DNA of 64,000 bases from positions 13,766,001-13,830,000 of the forward strand of contig NC_087251.1 in assembly GCF_037042905.1 (NCBI RefSeq), in the 5' to 3' direction. Below the pieces are notes generated by a model. The model saw only the letters and a program-made list of their open reading frames with translations, was not told where the DNA came from and made no database searches. A program made the translations under genes and the position numbers. Shown here one piece after another: positions 1-12,700 of this stretch; position 1 is the stretch's first letter, and every line of letters starts with the position of its first letter. Source of the stretch: Lytechinus pictus. Lineage: Eukaryota.

Positions 1-330
1 AATTTTCATAATTGGTAAAATGGGCATCACGTATGGGACAATGATACAAACTCATAGAAAATCAAAACAAAACTTGTGAGATTTAGTCATACACGTAGGT
101 GGGACATGGACCCCCTAACATCTTATTACTTTTGGGGGAAAAGTGGTGTCATCTACTTAAATATGCAAATTAGGTCTTGTCCAAGGATGGAATGTCCCAT
201 ACGTAATAAAATTTTAGGATTAAAAAAAAAAGTTATTTCTCAGAATACAATACTTGTATTATTGCATCTCTGGGAAGTTCTAATTTATTGAGTAAGAAAA
301 TGTTATACCACAAAAAGTTTCAAAAATATA

Positions 331-1891
331 CACTGTTGGTCATAAAGGTGGAATAAAATATGTTTGAATAAAAATTGACAGTTTTGTTGGTATTTGAAAG
401 GCTACGCGTAGACGAAATGGTAATTGTGCGTGATTACATAATGTTTCCCCATTACACAGGTGACATAACATGAGAAATTTGGATTACGTAATAAAACCTT
501 TTGTTGTAGACTATAAAAGCCTATGCATATGATATTCTGTCCCTTTCCCTGATTTAGCACTGTGTATAAGAAGGTTGCATTTTTTCGAGTTCCTTGTACC
601 GTTTGAAATAAAAATTGGTAGAGACGTTCCCTGGACTATGCCTGGTCCAACGGCAACAGCAACACGCGAGAGAGTGGTAGCACTGCGACATGAGGGCTAC
701 AAGCAGACTGATACCGCAGAAGTCCTAGGGATATCACAGAGTGCAGTCTCTAAGATCCTGAAACGTCAACGTGAGGCGGGGAATGTGCGGCCACGGAAAT
801 CTCCAGGACGTCCCAGATTGACCACAAGAAGAGATGATAGCCAACTGTTGAATTTCAGCCGCAGAAATCGGAAATTGCCCACGAGCCGTCTTCGTCGCTT
901 GTGGAGGAGATATCATGGGATCAACGTTTCCCGGTCAACCGTTAATCGCAGATTGCTCTTACATGGTTACCGAGCACGACGGTTTAACAAATGTCCACGC
1001 CTGTCTGTTCGCCACAGAGTAGCTCGTCTTCTTTGGGCTAGGGAGCACAGAAGGCTTCATCCAGGACATTGGCAACATGTGGTCTTCACGGACGAGAGCC
1101 AGTTCATCCTTGACCGAAAGGATGGGAGACAACGAGTTCGTCGATTAGCCGGGGAAAACCTTCGCGATGAATGTATCCACGAGACGACTCAAGGCGGAGG
1201 CGGCTCAGTGATGATATGGGCCGGCATCCATTATGGAGGGAAAACGCCACTGGTGGTTCCGGACGGAAACGTCAACGCCGCCGCCTACAGGGATATCTTG
1301 GAGTTCCACTGTCTTCCTTATGCAAGACGAGTGTATGGGCACAATTTCCGACTGCAGGATGACAACGCTAGACCGCACAGGGCCGCTGCAGTAAGGGAAT
1401 TCCTGGAGGCAGAGGGCGTCGTACAGTTGCCATGGCCAGCTTGTTCGCCGGATATGAACCCCATAGAGCATGCATGGGATGCCCTAGGCCGAGCCATCAA
1501 CGACAGAGAGGTCATTCCTGAAAATCTGCTGGAGTTGGCAGATGCTCTGAGGGAAGAATGGGACGCTATGGCTGTTGATGTCATCAACAAGCTAGTGGAC
1601 AGCATGCCACTACGTCTGCATGCGCTGGTTCGTGCCAGGGGTGGACATACCCGATACTAGTGACTGAGTAAGAACAATGACTCAAGTTTGATGCAAATTT
1701 GTCCATGAAATCACAAAAAAGAAGTCATCTGGAAAACTGAGAGTGATTGAAAATAAATATCTCATGATCCTTTAATTTACTGTATATTGTCGTCATTGTT
1801 GTTCTATGCTCATGACATCCATCGCTTAGGACATAAACTTTTAAATATTTAATTATATATAAAAAAATATCCACCTTTATGACCAACAGTG
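331..1891 (+). mobile_element. Full-length Tc1-family DNA transposon (1561 bp)
   Basis: Perfect 22-bp TIRs: CACTGTTGGTCATAAAGGTGGA (331-352) and its reverse complement (1870-1891). TA on both flanks (329-330, 1892-1893). Contains a transposase ORF, with TATAAAA at ~512 and AATAAA at 1752. Confidence 0.96.
638..1660 (+). CDS. Tc1-like DD34E transposase, 340 aa, intact and intronless
   Basis: Paired-like HTH (RERVVALRHEG...GISQSAVSKILKR), GRPR motif, and catalytic motifs VVFTDES, QDDNARPH and SPDMNPIEHAW. I counted 34 residues between the second D and the E. First ATG is at 638; the track start at 575 is a TTG. Confidence 0.96.
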   Translation: MPGPTATATRERVVALRHEGYKQTDTAEVLGISQSAVSKILKRQREAGNVRPRKSPGRPRLTTRRDDSQLLNFSRRNRKLPTSRLRRLWRRYHGINVSRSTVNRRLLLHGYRARRFNKCPRLSVRHRVARLLWAREHRRLHPGHWQHVVFTDESQFILDRKDGRQRVRRLAGENLRDECIHETTQGGGGSVMIWAGIHYGGKTPLVVPDGNVNAAAYRDILEFHCLPYARRVYGHNFRLQDDNARPHRAAAVREFLEAEGVVQLPWPACSPDMNPIEHAWDALGRAINDREVIPENLLELADALREEWDAMAVDVINKLVDSMPLRLHALVRARGGHTRY

Positions 1892-3099
1892 TAGTTTACT
1901 TTTTTATTAAAAGTTAATTGAAAAATTGTTACGTATGGGACAACATGTTACGTATGGGACATTTACACACAGTGTCGATGGGGAGATTTGTGTACAAGTG
2001 AATGGAGAAAAACAAATTTCAAGAGTGCTATTAAAAGTGATTTATTTACCTTTTCTTTAGTTTCTAAAGACTGATTTGTTATAAATACTAATATGAAAAC
2101 AATTGAAGCAAAAAAATTGTGAAGATGAAAGAATATGAAAAAAAAAAAAATAGAAATACACAAGAAATTCATGAAACCATGAAAAACAAGAAAAAATTTG
2201 TTGAAATGGCTAATTTCCCTTTCAGTCATCAAATATATCTCAATAGAACATTTTAAAAGAAAAAACTCTTTTTTTATTTCCATATTTTAAATTATTCTAA
2301 TTTTCTAAATTGTGGGGGAAATAGGAAATTGTGTATGTTCTCTATGGGGACAAAATGTCCCATACGTAACATGTCTTTAATTTGTTTAATTAGATGGTTT
2401 TGGCTTATGATCTGAAACTTGCCTTAGATATACTATAGTGTTGTGACTTTTGTCACACTAAGTTACAAGTTAATGAAATATTTTCAGAGAATTCTCAACT
2501 TGAAAAAATGTTTGGAAAATTGTCCTTTTTCTGTGTCCCATAGGTAACAGCTCAATTTTTCTCTCTAAAAGGTCAAGGTCATATGTCACCATTTTTATGA
2601 CTATTCTTCTAGAAATCTACCATCATGAGGGTATTCAATCTAATAAAGTCATATGACACTATTTTTCAGGTCGTTAAAGCCTCTGAAATGTCCCATACGT
2701 TGCCCACAAGACAAGAGAAGACAATAATCCTCACCTTGTGTATACTAATGAGGAAGTTATGGTGACGGATATTAAATATGAAAGTCCCATTGGCAAGAGT
2801 GACCATTCATTGTGTAGTGATTTATAGTCTCTGTTGTTATTCTCACTCTCGGCCTGTTTTTTTTTTTTATACAAAACAAGGATGAACTTTGTAAAGCCGA
2901 TATTGAGACCGAGCTTAGAATTAGATGTGGATGGGAATATTGAGTTTTCTCATAAACAAGATAGGTTTTGTGCAGTGGACCAAATTTTCAGTTGTTCTAC
3001 ATGTCGCAGTTGATGAATGTATCCCAACAAGTTAGGAGCCATGTGTTGCTAGGAATATGATTCCACATGAGCATCTTCATTACTTTTGTAAATAGAAAT

Positions 3100-3705
3100 G
3101 GAAAAATAATCTAGATGCTGGCCAAGATTTTTAATCAATTTTTTCTGATGATCGTAATGATAAATGGCGTGCAAAGAAATAAAGTAAGAGCTTTGGCAAG
3201 AAGTATTCTGAAACAAAAAGAATGTGGCATATGAAGCTTAGATTAATCTCAAGAATACTGGAATTATGTTTGATCCAAGATGTAAGTTAAGCCCAGCATT
3301 CCCCAGCTTCTTACCAATTCTGACCACAGGTTGACTCTCACTGTGAATAACCATTGGAAGACTGAAGCGTTCAAGTGTTTTCATTAAACGAGCCTATAGG
3401 AGATGTTCCAATATCCTCTGACCACTTTTTCAGCTCAACTCTTGATTCCCTGGAGATTTGTGAGGATAGAAAATCAGGATATGGATCTAAAAATTTGCTT
3501 CAGTTAAATAATTCCAAGTCTCCTGGCCGGGATGATTTCTGCTTGCTTCATCCTTGGCCAAGCCCTTGAGCATTATTCACAACATCTCAATTAGAGCGGG
3601 TATGGTAGAAGGCCCTTGTTTCAGCTGTATTCAAGAGAGGTGACAAAGCTTCACCTAAAAATACCGGCTAATGCATCTCACTTGTATTCTTTGCAAAGTC
3701 ATCTA
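3100..3705 (+). mobile_element. Decayed CR1-clade LINE ORF2 fragment
   Basis: Frameshifted translation gives RNKVRALAR..., LLQLNNSKSPGRD, KPLSIIHN and KALVSAVFKRGDKASPK..YR...LTCILCKV. This matches the conserved region at the start of non-LTR reverse transcriptases. Confidence 0.75.
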
Positions 3706-3759
3706 TACCTACCATTGTTTCATTTTCTAGGTCTAGAGATTCCACCTCATTATACAATC

Positions 3760-6700
3760 ATGCAGTATCCAACACCAGGAGACAACTTCCCTGACTACAC
3801 TTCATCTGATTGGGAAGGAAGGTCATCCGATGCTGCTGACACGAGCAATGATAGCAACCTTGGCTTTGGGATAGACCTTGACAACTCTGGTGTGACCTTC
3901 AAAATAACATCTGATGGCCCAACTGACAATAGAGATGAAGACATGCCTGCTAAGCCTCTGCAGAGGCCTAAGCCTCCCAGACCCCCACCTCCGCGTAAAC
4001 CCAGACTGGATCCATCCTCATCAAAGATGGAGAAAGTATCCGACCTTGTGGTGCAGAAAGTTCGCTGGTTGTACAGAGAAGAGAAAAAATGGGTTCCTTT
4101 CATTGGTTATGACTCGTGCCAGATGGAATGGAAGTACAGGCAGGCTAAGCAACAATTGAAGCAGAATGAAGAGGGAATGGATGTTGATATTGAGACTGTT
4201 GCTGTCAGAGGGGGACTCTATGAAGTGGACGTAGTGAGGAGAAAATGTCATGCTATCTACTGGTCTGGTTAGTAGATAAAATTTGTCCTTTTTAGTACAA
4301 AAATGCTTGCATCAGACCCCGGAGTCGGTCTTAAAAAAAAAAAATGAATTAAACTTTTTTAGTTGTGCATGAATTCAATAGAATTATAAGAGCCATATAA
4401 ATTGACCACATTTGAGCAAGATTACTACAGATGCTAGGCCACGGTTATGTTTGTGTGCTGTCACGCAGAAGACAATTTCACTAATATCATCTCTGCAGTT
4501 AAAGTTTATATAATATACACCTACTGGTATGTTGTAGTCCTAATTGCAGTCAGATTCAAAACAAGAATTACACGTTGTTCCTTCTTTGTACTTATAACTT
4601 TCAGTAGATTTCTCCCTCATTTACTCAAGATTTTAGAACATTTTCATGTTGATATAGATGACACAGTGGATGTGATGAGGGGAACATGGTTTTATTCTAG
4701 TGGCACAGAACCCATTGAAGAAGGAATGGCTAATGATATTGAGAAGGAACACCTTGACTTGTTTTCTAGAGATGACCCTCCTGAGCCCCCTCCCCAACCA
4801 ACCAAAGGAACTCAGAAAGGTAGATAAATATTTCACTTATTTGTATGATATGATATGATTTTCTCAAATTAATTAGAAGATATTGAAGGATTGATGATAA
4901 GCATGTCAGTTGAATGTGTATCCTTGATACAAAAGATGTATGGATGTAAACAAAATTGGTACAGTAGTATGTCTCAAAGTAAGTTGTATCCTGAAACACA
5001 AGTGATTGCTTTGTGAAACATAGGCACTTGGTTGAGATAAATGAAGGTCAGTTTTACAAAGGTACGAGAATATATAAAGAAAACTTCCTGTTTGATTGTT
5101 TCCTCGTTAGCAGATCGTAGCGACATGCTACTATCAATCTTTTGAAAGGCAAGTACAACTTAGTGATTCTTCTTTCATTATCTAATACACAGTGATGGAT
5201 CTAGCTGGGTCACAACCAATACCATGTCGGGGGCCATATTTTTTTTACACAGTGGTGGACCTGTCCAAAGTACTATGTCTAGTTCCGCTAGATTCACCAC
5301 ATGTCTATCTTTCTACTATTTCAGCAATGCATGAATTGTGTTTCAAAGACTGTCACGTTGACTGGTACTCCAAAGATGCTGTATATTTCTATAGTAACTC
5401 TACAAGTTCGAGAATCGCAAGGTCCATAGGAAACACGCTTGGATTTTCTAAAGGTAAGGTTTTGATTTGCATGCCTCAAGAATGAATTAAAACGAGAGTT
5501 TACATTTAAATGCAATTTTAGATTGGAATTTGAAATGCATTTCTTTATTTCAAACTTTATCATGTCCTCTTGAAATCTTAGGGATTCAAATTAATTCAAT
5601 TCTATAAAATTGATCATCTGGGATGGTATAGTTGCAGAAGATGTCTTTTATGTTTTGCAATATACGCTTAGTGCTGCTGCAAAATTGTTACTCCGACATA
5701 GAATCATTCAGTTTCATTATTGTTACTTTAATAAACAGAAAAGAGCTTTGATCCATGTTTTTCTTTTTTTTGTTGTTGATAGCATCTACAAGTGGGTATA
5801 AGTTAATGCGTGGATACCCATCCCCAGCCAGCCTTGATGACAAGCCCCCTCCCATCTCTCATCTTGTCTTTGTTGTCCATGGAGTAGGGTATGTGACAGA
5901 CAAGAAAGCCATCATAAAGAACTGCTCAGAGTAAGTACAGAATGAAAGACTGAATTGGGAAAATAAGAGATAGATGTGTAATATTGATAAGTATCAGCTA
6001 TCAATTGAAAATGCACTTTTCCAGGTGCATGGAGACAAAAGCTTTTCTAAGAAATTAATATTTGTCTTCTAATCAAATTGATATCAGTATATTGAAATAC
6101 TACTTGATAGATAGTGATGGCAATGGTGATGACAATTATGGTTGATAACATTTTTATGTAGCCATATAAATACAACATTCAGAGGCACTTTGTTCTCAGG
6201 TAACATTTCTTTGTCAGGAGTGTGTTCTGTTGTCTGTAACACAAAGCATAGTGATTGATCCGGAGCTGATATTTAATGGTTGATTGCATTGCTTATGATG
6301 TAAGATCAATTATAAAAATCAGCCCTACATCCAAGTGCTAAGCTTTGTGTTACAGGCCCTAAGAGGTTCTTACTCTTGACTTCCAAACAGAGGGTTGAGG
6401 GTTTGAATCTCAGCCTTGATGTTAATTTGCCTACTTAGTTGATGTGAATGTGTACCTGTTAGGATTCATGCGAGGAATGCACTGAGCACTTGAATTGTAA
6501 AAAAAAAAAAATTTCACTTACCTACTTCAAGGATACTGCCCAACTCCCCTAAAAAGGGGTCAAACGGGCATGGGTAGGGTGCGCTGATTGTCATTACGCG
6601 GAGGTAAGAGGCTTTGCTTAGTATTGATTTTGGTTTGTGCTTCTGGATTGGTACTTTGAATTTTTCTTTGTTGAGAATTGATTTGATTGAGTTAGGTAAG

Positions 6701-9700
6701 TTGTTCCAGTCAACAACAGGAAAATGGTATGAAAGAAAGTAATAGATGGTATACATAGTTTATTATGATGTAAATAACCATGTAAATGCCTATTTTTATT
6801 TCTATTATTGATGTCTCAATTGCAAGAAAGAGGTCCATTCTGATTTTAAGTTAAATGCTACATCTGTAATGAAAATGCAATTATTACTTGTTTCCCTTCT
6901 TATTCTCTTCCATCAGCCTTAGAAAATCAGCAACCAAAGCCATAGGAAAACACCTGCCGGACCTGATCTCCCCTGCATCTACCCATCGTGTGGAGTTCCT
7001 ACCAGTAGAATGGAGATCAAGCCTAAGGCTTGATAATGGTATGGTCTCAGCTATTACCCCTCACAAGGTGAAAGGCCTCAGGATTGTGCTCAACAGTACA
7101 GGCATGGATGTGCTTTATTACTCTAGCCCCCTCTACAGATCAGAAGTAAGTCACATGGATTACGGGTAATATGATACTAATAAAGCCCTTTTTTAATTAT
7201 CATAATAAGCAAGATTGCCTTTTCTATGTACTTTTGTAATATTGTTTCTTTTTAAGAAAGGCTCTCCAGGGAAGTCATCTATTCTTTTTCTAATGTCATT
7301 ATACAGATCATACAGTGTGTGCAGGCAGAGGTGAACAATCTGTACGAGAGATTCCGGCAGCGTAATGAGGGGTTTGAGCCTAACGGGGGCAAGGTGTCCA
7401 TATTCTCTCACTCCTTAGGAAGTGTCATCATGTATGACATCATCACTGGCTGGAATCCCATCCACCTCTACGATCAGTACCTATCACACGAGCAGAGTCC
7501 ACACCCAGACCTTAGTGCGATGTCTCCTGATCATCACGATCTAGTGGAAGAACTTCATCAAGCTAGAATAAGGTAAGTAACATTTTCTATTAAATATTCA
7601 TTGTTTTATTCATTGAGGGATAGCCTATAAAATAACATTTTCCCATAGGGCCACCTCTTTGTATGCTCAAATCATTTACTTTGCTATTTTTTATATTGAA
7701 GTCTTTAACATTGATATATTTATTTTTCATGCATGAATAATGGGGGGGGGGGGTGTTCTTGTGTATCTTACCTGACAATATTCAGGCCAAATATCATTCA
7801 TATGGCCTCTTTTTCTAAGAGTAATGGAGAATGGGCATGATCATTAAGGAATGTTTCATGGGACATTTTGTTAATAATTTTCTCAGACAGCTGTTACAAG
7901 CTTTCAATATTTATCAGGTAAGCTATTGAAATCATTCTATATGATTTGCGCAAAACTAATTTTTCAAAGATAATCTATAAATATGCTTCATGAAATGCTC
8001 CACTTGGTCAATACATACTTTGCAATTTATTGTTGGGGATCTAATCATTTCTAAAAAAAATTGTTAAAATTGTTTTCCTTACAATTTGGCTAATATGTGC
8101 CCTTTCGTATTTGGATCCGTAGAGTATCCAGTCTAGAGAAGCAGCTTCTTGCTACGAACCAGATTGCTGCAGCTATCAATAGACCAAAGCTTAACTTCAA
8201 GGTATCTTGATTTCCTTTGTGTTAAGGTTAATGAGAAATTCTGTACACAAACCAGGAGATGAAGAATTGTTCATACATGTTATAGTGTGTAAAGTGTTTG
8301 TCTTGTATCTATATCTATATATATTCACTCATATACAGATCCCACTTGTAATATGCTTTCATTCAGTATTTTTGATAGGGGAACCACTACAAATTTTATT
8401 CTCTTTGGGCATGCATTGTGATGACGTACTTGAGTCCAGTTCACATTCACACCACATTGACCCCATGTACTCATACAAATGAGGCGGCGTGAGGCCGGCC
8501 TCCTGCCGCCTTAAACGTATGTGTAGACACAAAGTGGACTGACGCCACCATAAGCCACCCTGATTTTGGTCTACCTCTGGAGGTGGTATGAGGTTGCCTT
8601 CTCGTATGTGTAAACACAAAGCGGACTGAGGTTGGCTTTCGGGAGTCACGTGGTCATTGCTTGCACAATCACAGTTGAGATAAGTCATCAATCTAGCTAT
8701 TGCATTGACCTGGTATCATGCGCTTGTAACTAGCATTTTCATCAGGAAGCGCAGGCCGTCGCACCATATGTGTAAAAGGGGGTTGTGACGCCGCCTTCAA
8801 CCCCTGACTTTTCTGCTATGTGTAAACACACTTTTGTATTTTTTTTTTTGGGGGGGCGGCTTGACGCTTGTATGAGGCCGACTCAATGAAACCGGCACAT
8901 GTGTAAAAGGGGTCATAGTCTTTCAATATACAAATAGCGAATAGGCATGAGTGCGATGGTGCGAGATTTCGCATGAGGTGAAAGAAAGATGCTCTATTCA
9001 ACGAGGCGTTAGCCGAGTTGAATAGAGCGTTTCTTTCTTTCACCGAATGCAAAATCTCGCACCATTGCACGAATAAGAATATTCGCTATTTGTGTTGTAC
9101 AACGCCTCAGAATTTACCGAAAATATGAAAAAACAAAGAGTTTATCCCTATAGTAATCTATGAAAAGGGAGCAAAAATACCGAAAGCAGAAAGCAAAATC
9201 CCACAAGCGCACATGACCTTGGGCAGCCTTGCGCATTTAGCCAGCAGGCTATACGCGTATTGTTCATTTTTACTGAGCGCAATGAATTAAATCGTATTGT
9301 GACGTCACCTCCTAAAGCCGTGCAACGGTACATTTTGGATGGTACGTCTTTTGTGCAACGGTAGGAATGTTTGACATTCAGCCTCCCATTTGCTCGCGTA
9401 CAACAAGCTAAGTAGGCGTTGTACAACAGAGATTGTCGGTTGGACCAGAAAGGTCTCAGTTTGATTTTTATTAACAACAATTTCCTTTATGAATTGGCAA
9501 TATCTTGGCACAATATTTCCATTCTTAGTTTCTTATTCATTTCATATGTGTTTGTTATTATTTTAGGTGGAGAATTACTTCTGTGTGGGTTCTCCCTTAG
9601 CTGTGTTTCTTGCCTTACGTGGAGTGCGCCCCCAAGGGAATGGATCAATCTCTCACATCATACCTAAAGCTGTGTGCAGTAGACTATTTAACCTATACTA

Positions 9701-12700
9701 CCCAAGTGACCCTGTGGTAAGGAATAGAGAAAGATAGGAAAGGTAGAATGAGTTATGGAGTGGGGAGAAAAAAAAACTAATGAATAGTAGAGGAATTTAA
9801 ATCATAAGTACACTTGTAAATGGGAGTCAAATGTGTTTTTATGCCTTGGCCAACCATTGATGTTTGCCAGAGGCATTATATTTGTGTTTTATTTTTCATC
9901 AGTCCCATTTTGTTCTCACAATGACTGACCAACTTCAAACTTGGTTCTTGAATGCATAGGAGTGGCAATGTTCCAAACACCTTTGGGGTTATCGAGATCA
10001 AAGGTCACAGAGTTCATTGTATATGTTGAAAAATATCTTGTTCTCACAATAACTGAAGAACCATCTAATTGATCAACTTAGAACTTGGTTCATGTATTGG
10101 AGGGACAATGTTGTGATTATATTTTTAAGGCTTAAGGTCAAAATGCTAGGGGTCACATGGGTCATAATATTATATTATTAACATCTGAGCAAGGCAGTTG
10201 TAATACATTATTGCCTGCTTATGACTGTGCTTAAATGGAGGGTCAATAAGTTTCCAATTGTTTATCCATGGACCCAAATTATTTTCCGCTCAGGAAAGTC
10301 ATTGAGAAAATGAAGCGGGCAATTCTAGCTAACATCCGGGTATTCTACATGTCGTTATACACGTCCTCTTGAATCTCCAAGCAATAATACGTCATAATGT
10401 TAATCAAGATGAGACAATGCTGGATACTGCATCCCCAGGCCAGGGATACTGCATCCCCAGACCAGGGATGCGACATTTCAATTACGTCACAGTGGTTAAG
10501 TGTGGAGCGTTGTGGCCCAGTGGATTAGTCTTCGGACTTTGAAACAGAGGGTCGTGGGTTCGAATCCCAGCCATGGCGTAATTTCCTTCGGCAAGAAACT
10601 GATCCACAATGTGCTGCACTCAACCCAGGTGAGGTAAATGGGTACCGGTAGGAAGTAATTCCTTAAAAAGCTGTGTGCGCTATGAACGCCTAGCTTAGCC
10701 GGGTAATATAGGAGCGCCTTGAGCACCTAACAAGGTGGATATGTGCGCAATATAAATACCCTATATTATTAAGTTCAAAGGCCCAGTCTGCTCAACATGA
10801 CAAAATAAATTCCCATTTAAGGGGTAAAATATCTAAATTTTCACGATTTTTGCTCTGTATGTCTGAATTGGATTATAATACAAATATTGACTGGCTTTTC
10901 TTTCGGGGAACATAAAATATATTGCCCTTAAAAGAACCATATTGCCCTCATCTAAAGAATCTGGCCAATATGATTCTATTGCGGGCAATATATTTGATGT
11001 TTCCCTAAAGGCCAGTCAATATTATGTAATTATTATTGTTCCTGCAATAACTGAAGAACTGTTTGAGGTATCAAATTCAAACTTGACTATTGCATACATA
11101 TGAGTAAGGATGATTTGATTAGATTTGGGGGTCTCAAGGTAAAAGGTTGCAGGATTTGATTTTTAAAAGATATTCCAATATTCCCGTCTTGTGTTTTTTT
11201 GTTAGAATATAGACAGTAACCTCTGATGCTGCATTATTACAGCACTATATGCCCACTTCAGGTCCATTGCTTTGAGGGCAAAAAGGTACCCTACCAAACC
11301 AGTGCCTTGAAATTGAATATATTTGTCCTTTTCTTTTTTAGGCATACAGGCTGGAGCCTCTGATACTGCGTCACTACAGCACAATCTGCCCTCTTCAGAT
11401 CCATCGCTTTGAGGGTAAGCAGGTACCCTACCACACTCTTAAAACCACTGCCCTGCCAGTAGCTCTTAAAACAAGTGAAGAGATGAAAGGCATTCAAGAA
11501 TCAGATGCTGAGACATCAGAAGAGAGGACTTCACCAGGATCTTCTACTTCATCCTCACCACAACATCTACCAAAGGGGCAAACTGGAGGTTAGTCTTAAG
11601 TTTTATCTATGTGATGATGGTTGTTAAGGTGATGACAACTTCAGTCATGGGGAGGGGTTGTTTTTAGTTGTGTGGAAGTGGTGGCAGTGTGGTGATTTTG
11701 ATGGTGTTAATGTATGATGGTAAAGTTGTATCTGTGTTGATGATTTGCGGTAATGTTAGCAAGGTGGTGATATGGCGGTTGGAGGAAGGAGGTATTTCAG
11801 TCGTGTGGAAGTCATAGTGGTGTGGTGGTTGTAGTTGTTTTGTAATAGTGGTGATGATGTTAATAATGATGGTGATGTTTGTGATGATATTTTGTTATAA
11901 TATTAGCGTTGGGATAATAATGGGGATGGAGGTGTTGGTTGTGAAGTAGTGTTAGTATTAAATTCGACACTGATTTTTTTACCATGTTACTGATAATGGA
12001 TGATAATCATGGCTATGAGGGAAAATTATAATGAAGTGTCTTTGATAGAGGTATGGAATCATTAATCATTAATAGACATAAAGAACTACAAGTGAAAGAA
12101 AAAAAATGTATTAGAAAGTAGGACAACATAAATGGCTATTGGGTGTAAATGGTAAATGGGAAGTAATAGGCAACTTTAGATTGTGATGCAACTTCTATAA
12201 TGCACTTGGCAAAAATATTGTTAGGAGCTTGCGCAGAACAGCTACCTGTCTCGCACATGCTCTTAACTGCCTCTTTGCCAAATTAATATTTTGTAGAAGC
12301 TGCATAGCAAAACATTAAGCTGCCTTATGATCTAATGACACAACATTTAATCAGTCACTTCTTCAATTTTACAGCTTTTACTGGAATGAAAGCTTGGTTC
12401 TCAAAGACGTCTGAGAAGTCTCCTGAGCTAGAGGCCCTGGAAGACATGGAGAGAGCTATACTAAGGATAGAAAACATGGCAGATACCAATGAGAAGGTGG
12501 AAGAGGATGAAATGGAGAGTGTGGGTAAGTATACTTTCATTGAAAGAAAGATAGTAAGAGAGACAGAGAGAGAGGGAGCACGCTATCCTTAGGATAGAAA
12601 ACATGGCAGATAGCAATGAGAAGGTGGAAGAGGACGGACTGGAGAGTGTGGGTAAGTATAGTTTGATTGAGAGAGAGTGAACTATAATGAAGATAAGAAT

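Larger units (their letters stand above)
1..2706. mobile_element. Non-autonomous repeat hosting the Tc1 insertion
   Basis: The motif ACGTATGGGACA / TGTCCCATACGT recurs on both sides of the Tc1 (~29, ~193, ~1930, ~1950, ~2356, ~2535, ~2689). Its left boundary may lie outside the window. Confidence 0.55.

Noticed and set aside
575..637. N-terminal extension of the transposase ORF
   Set aside because: It starts at TTG. The eukaryotic start is the ATG at 638, which gives a typical Tc1 length.
734..1605. Overlapping alternative-frame and antisense ORFs within the transposase
   Set aside because: Shadows of a GC-rich coding sequence, with no recognisable motifs.
3616..3730. N-terminus of ORF 3616-4272
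   Set aside because: Intronic and LINE-derived sequence upstream of the acceptor at 3731.
10504..10575. tRNA-Gln(TTG)-like sequence (also at 41096)
   Set aside because: It continues into a shared SINE body and tail, and the acceptor stem pairs poorly. It is a SINE head, not a tRNA gene.
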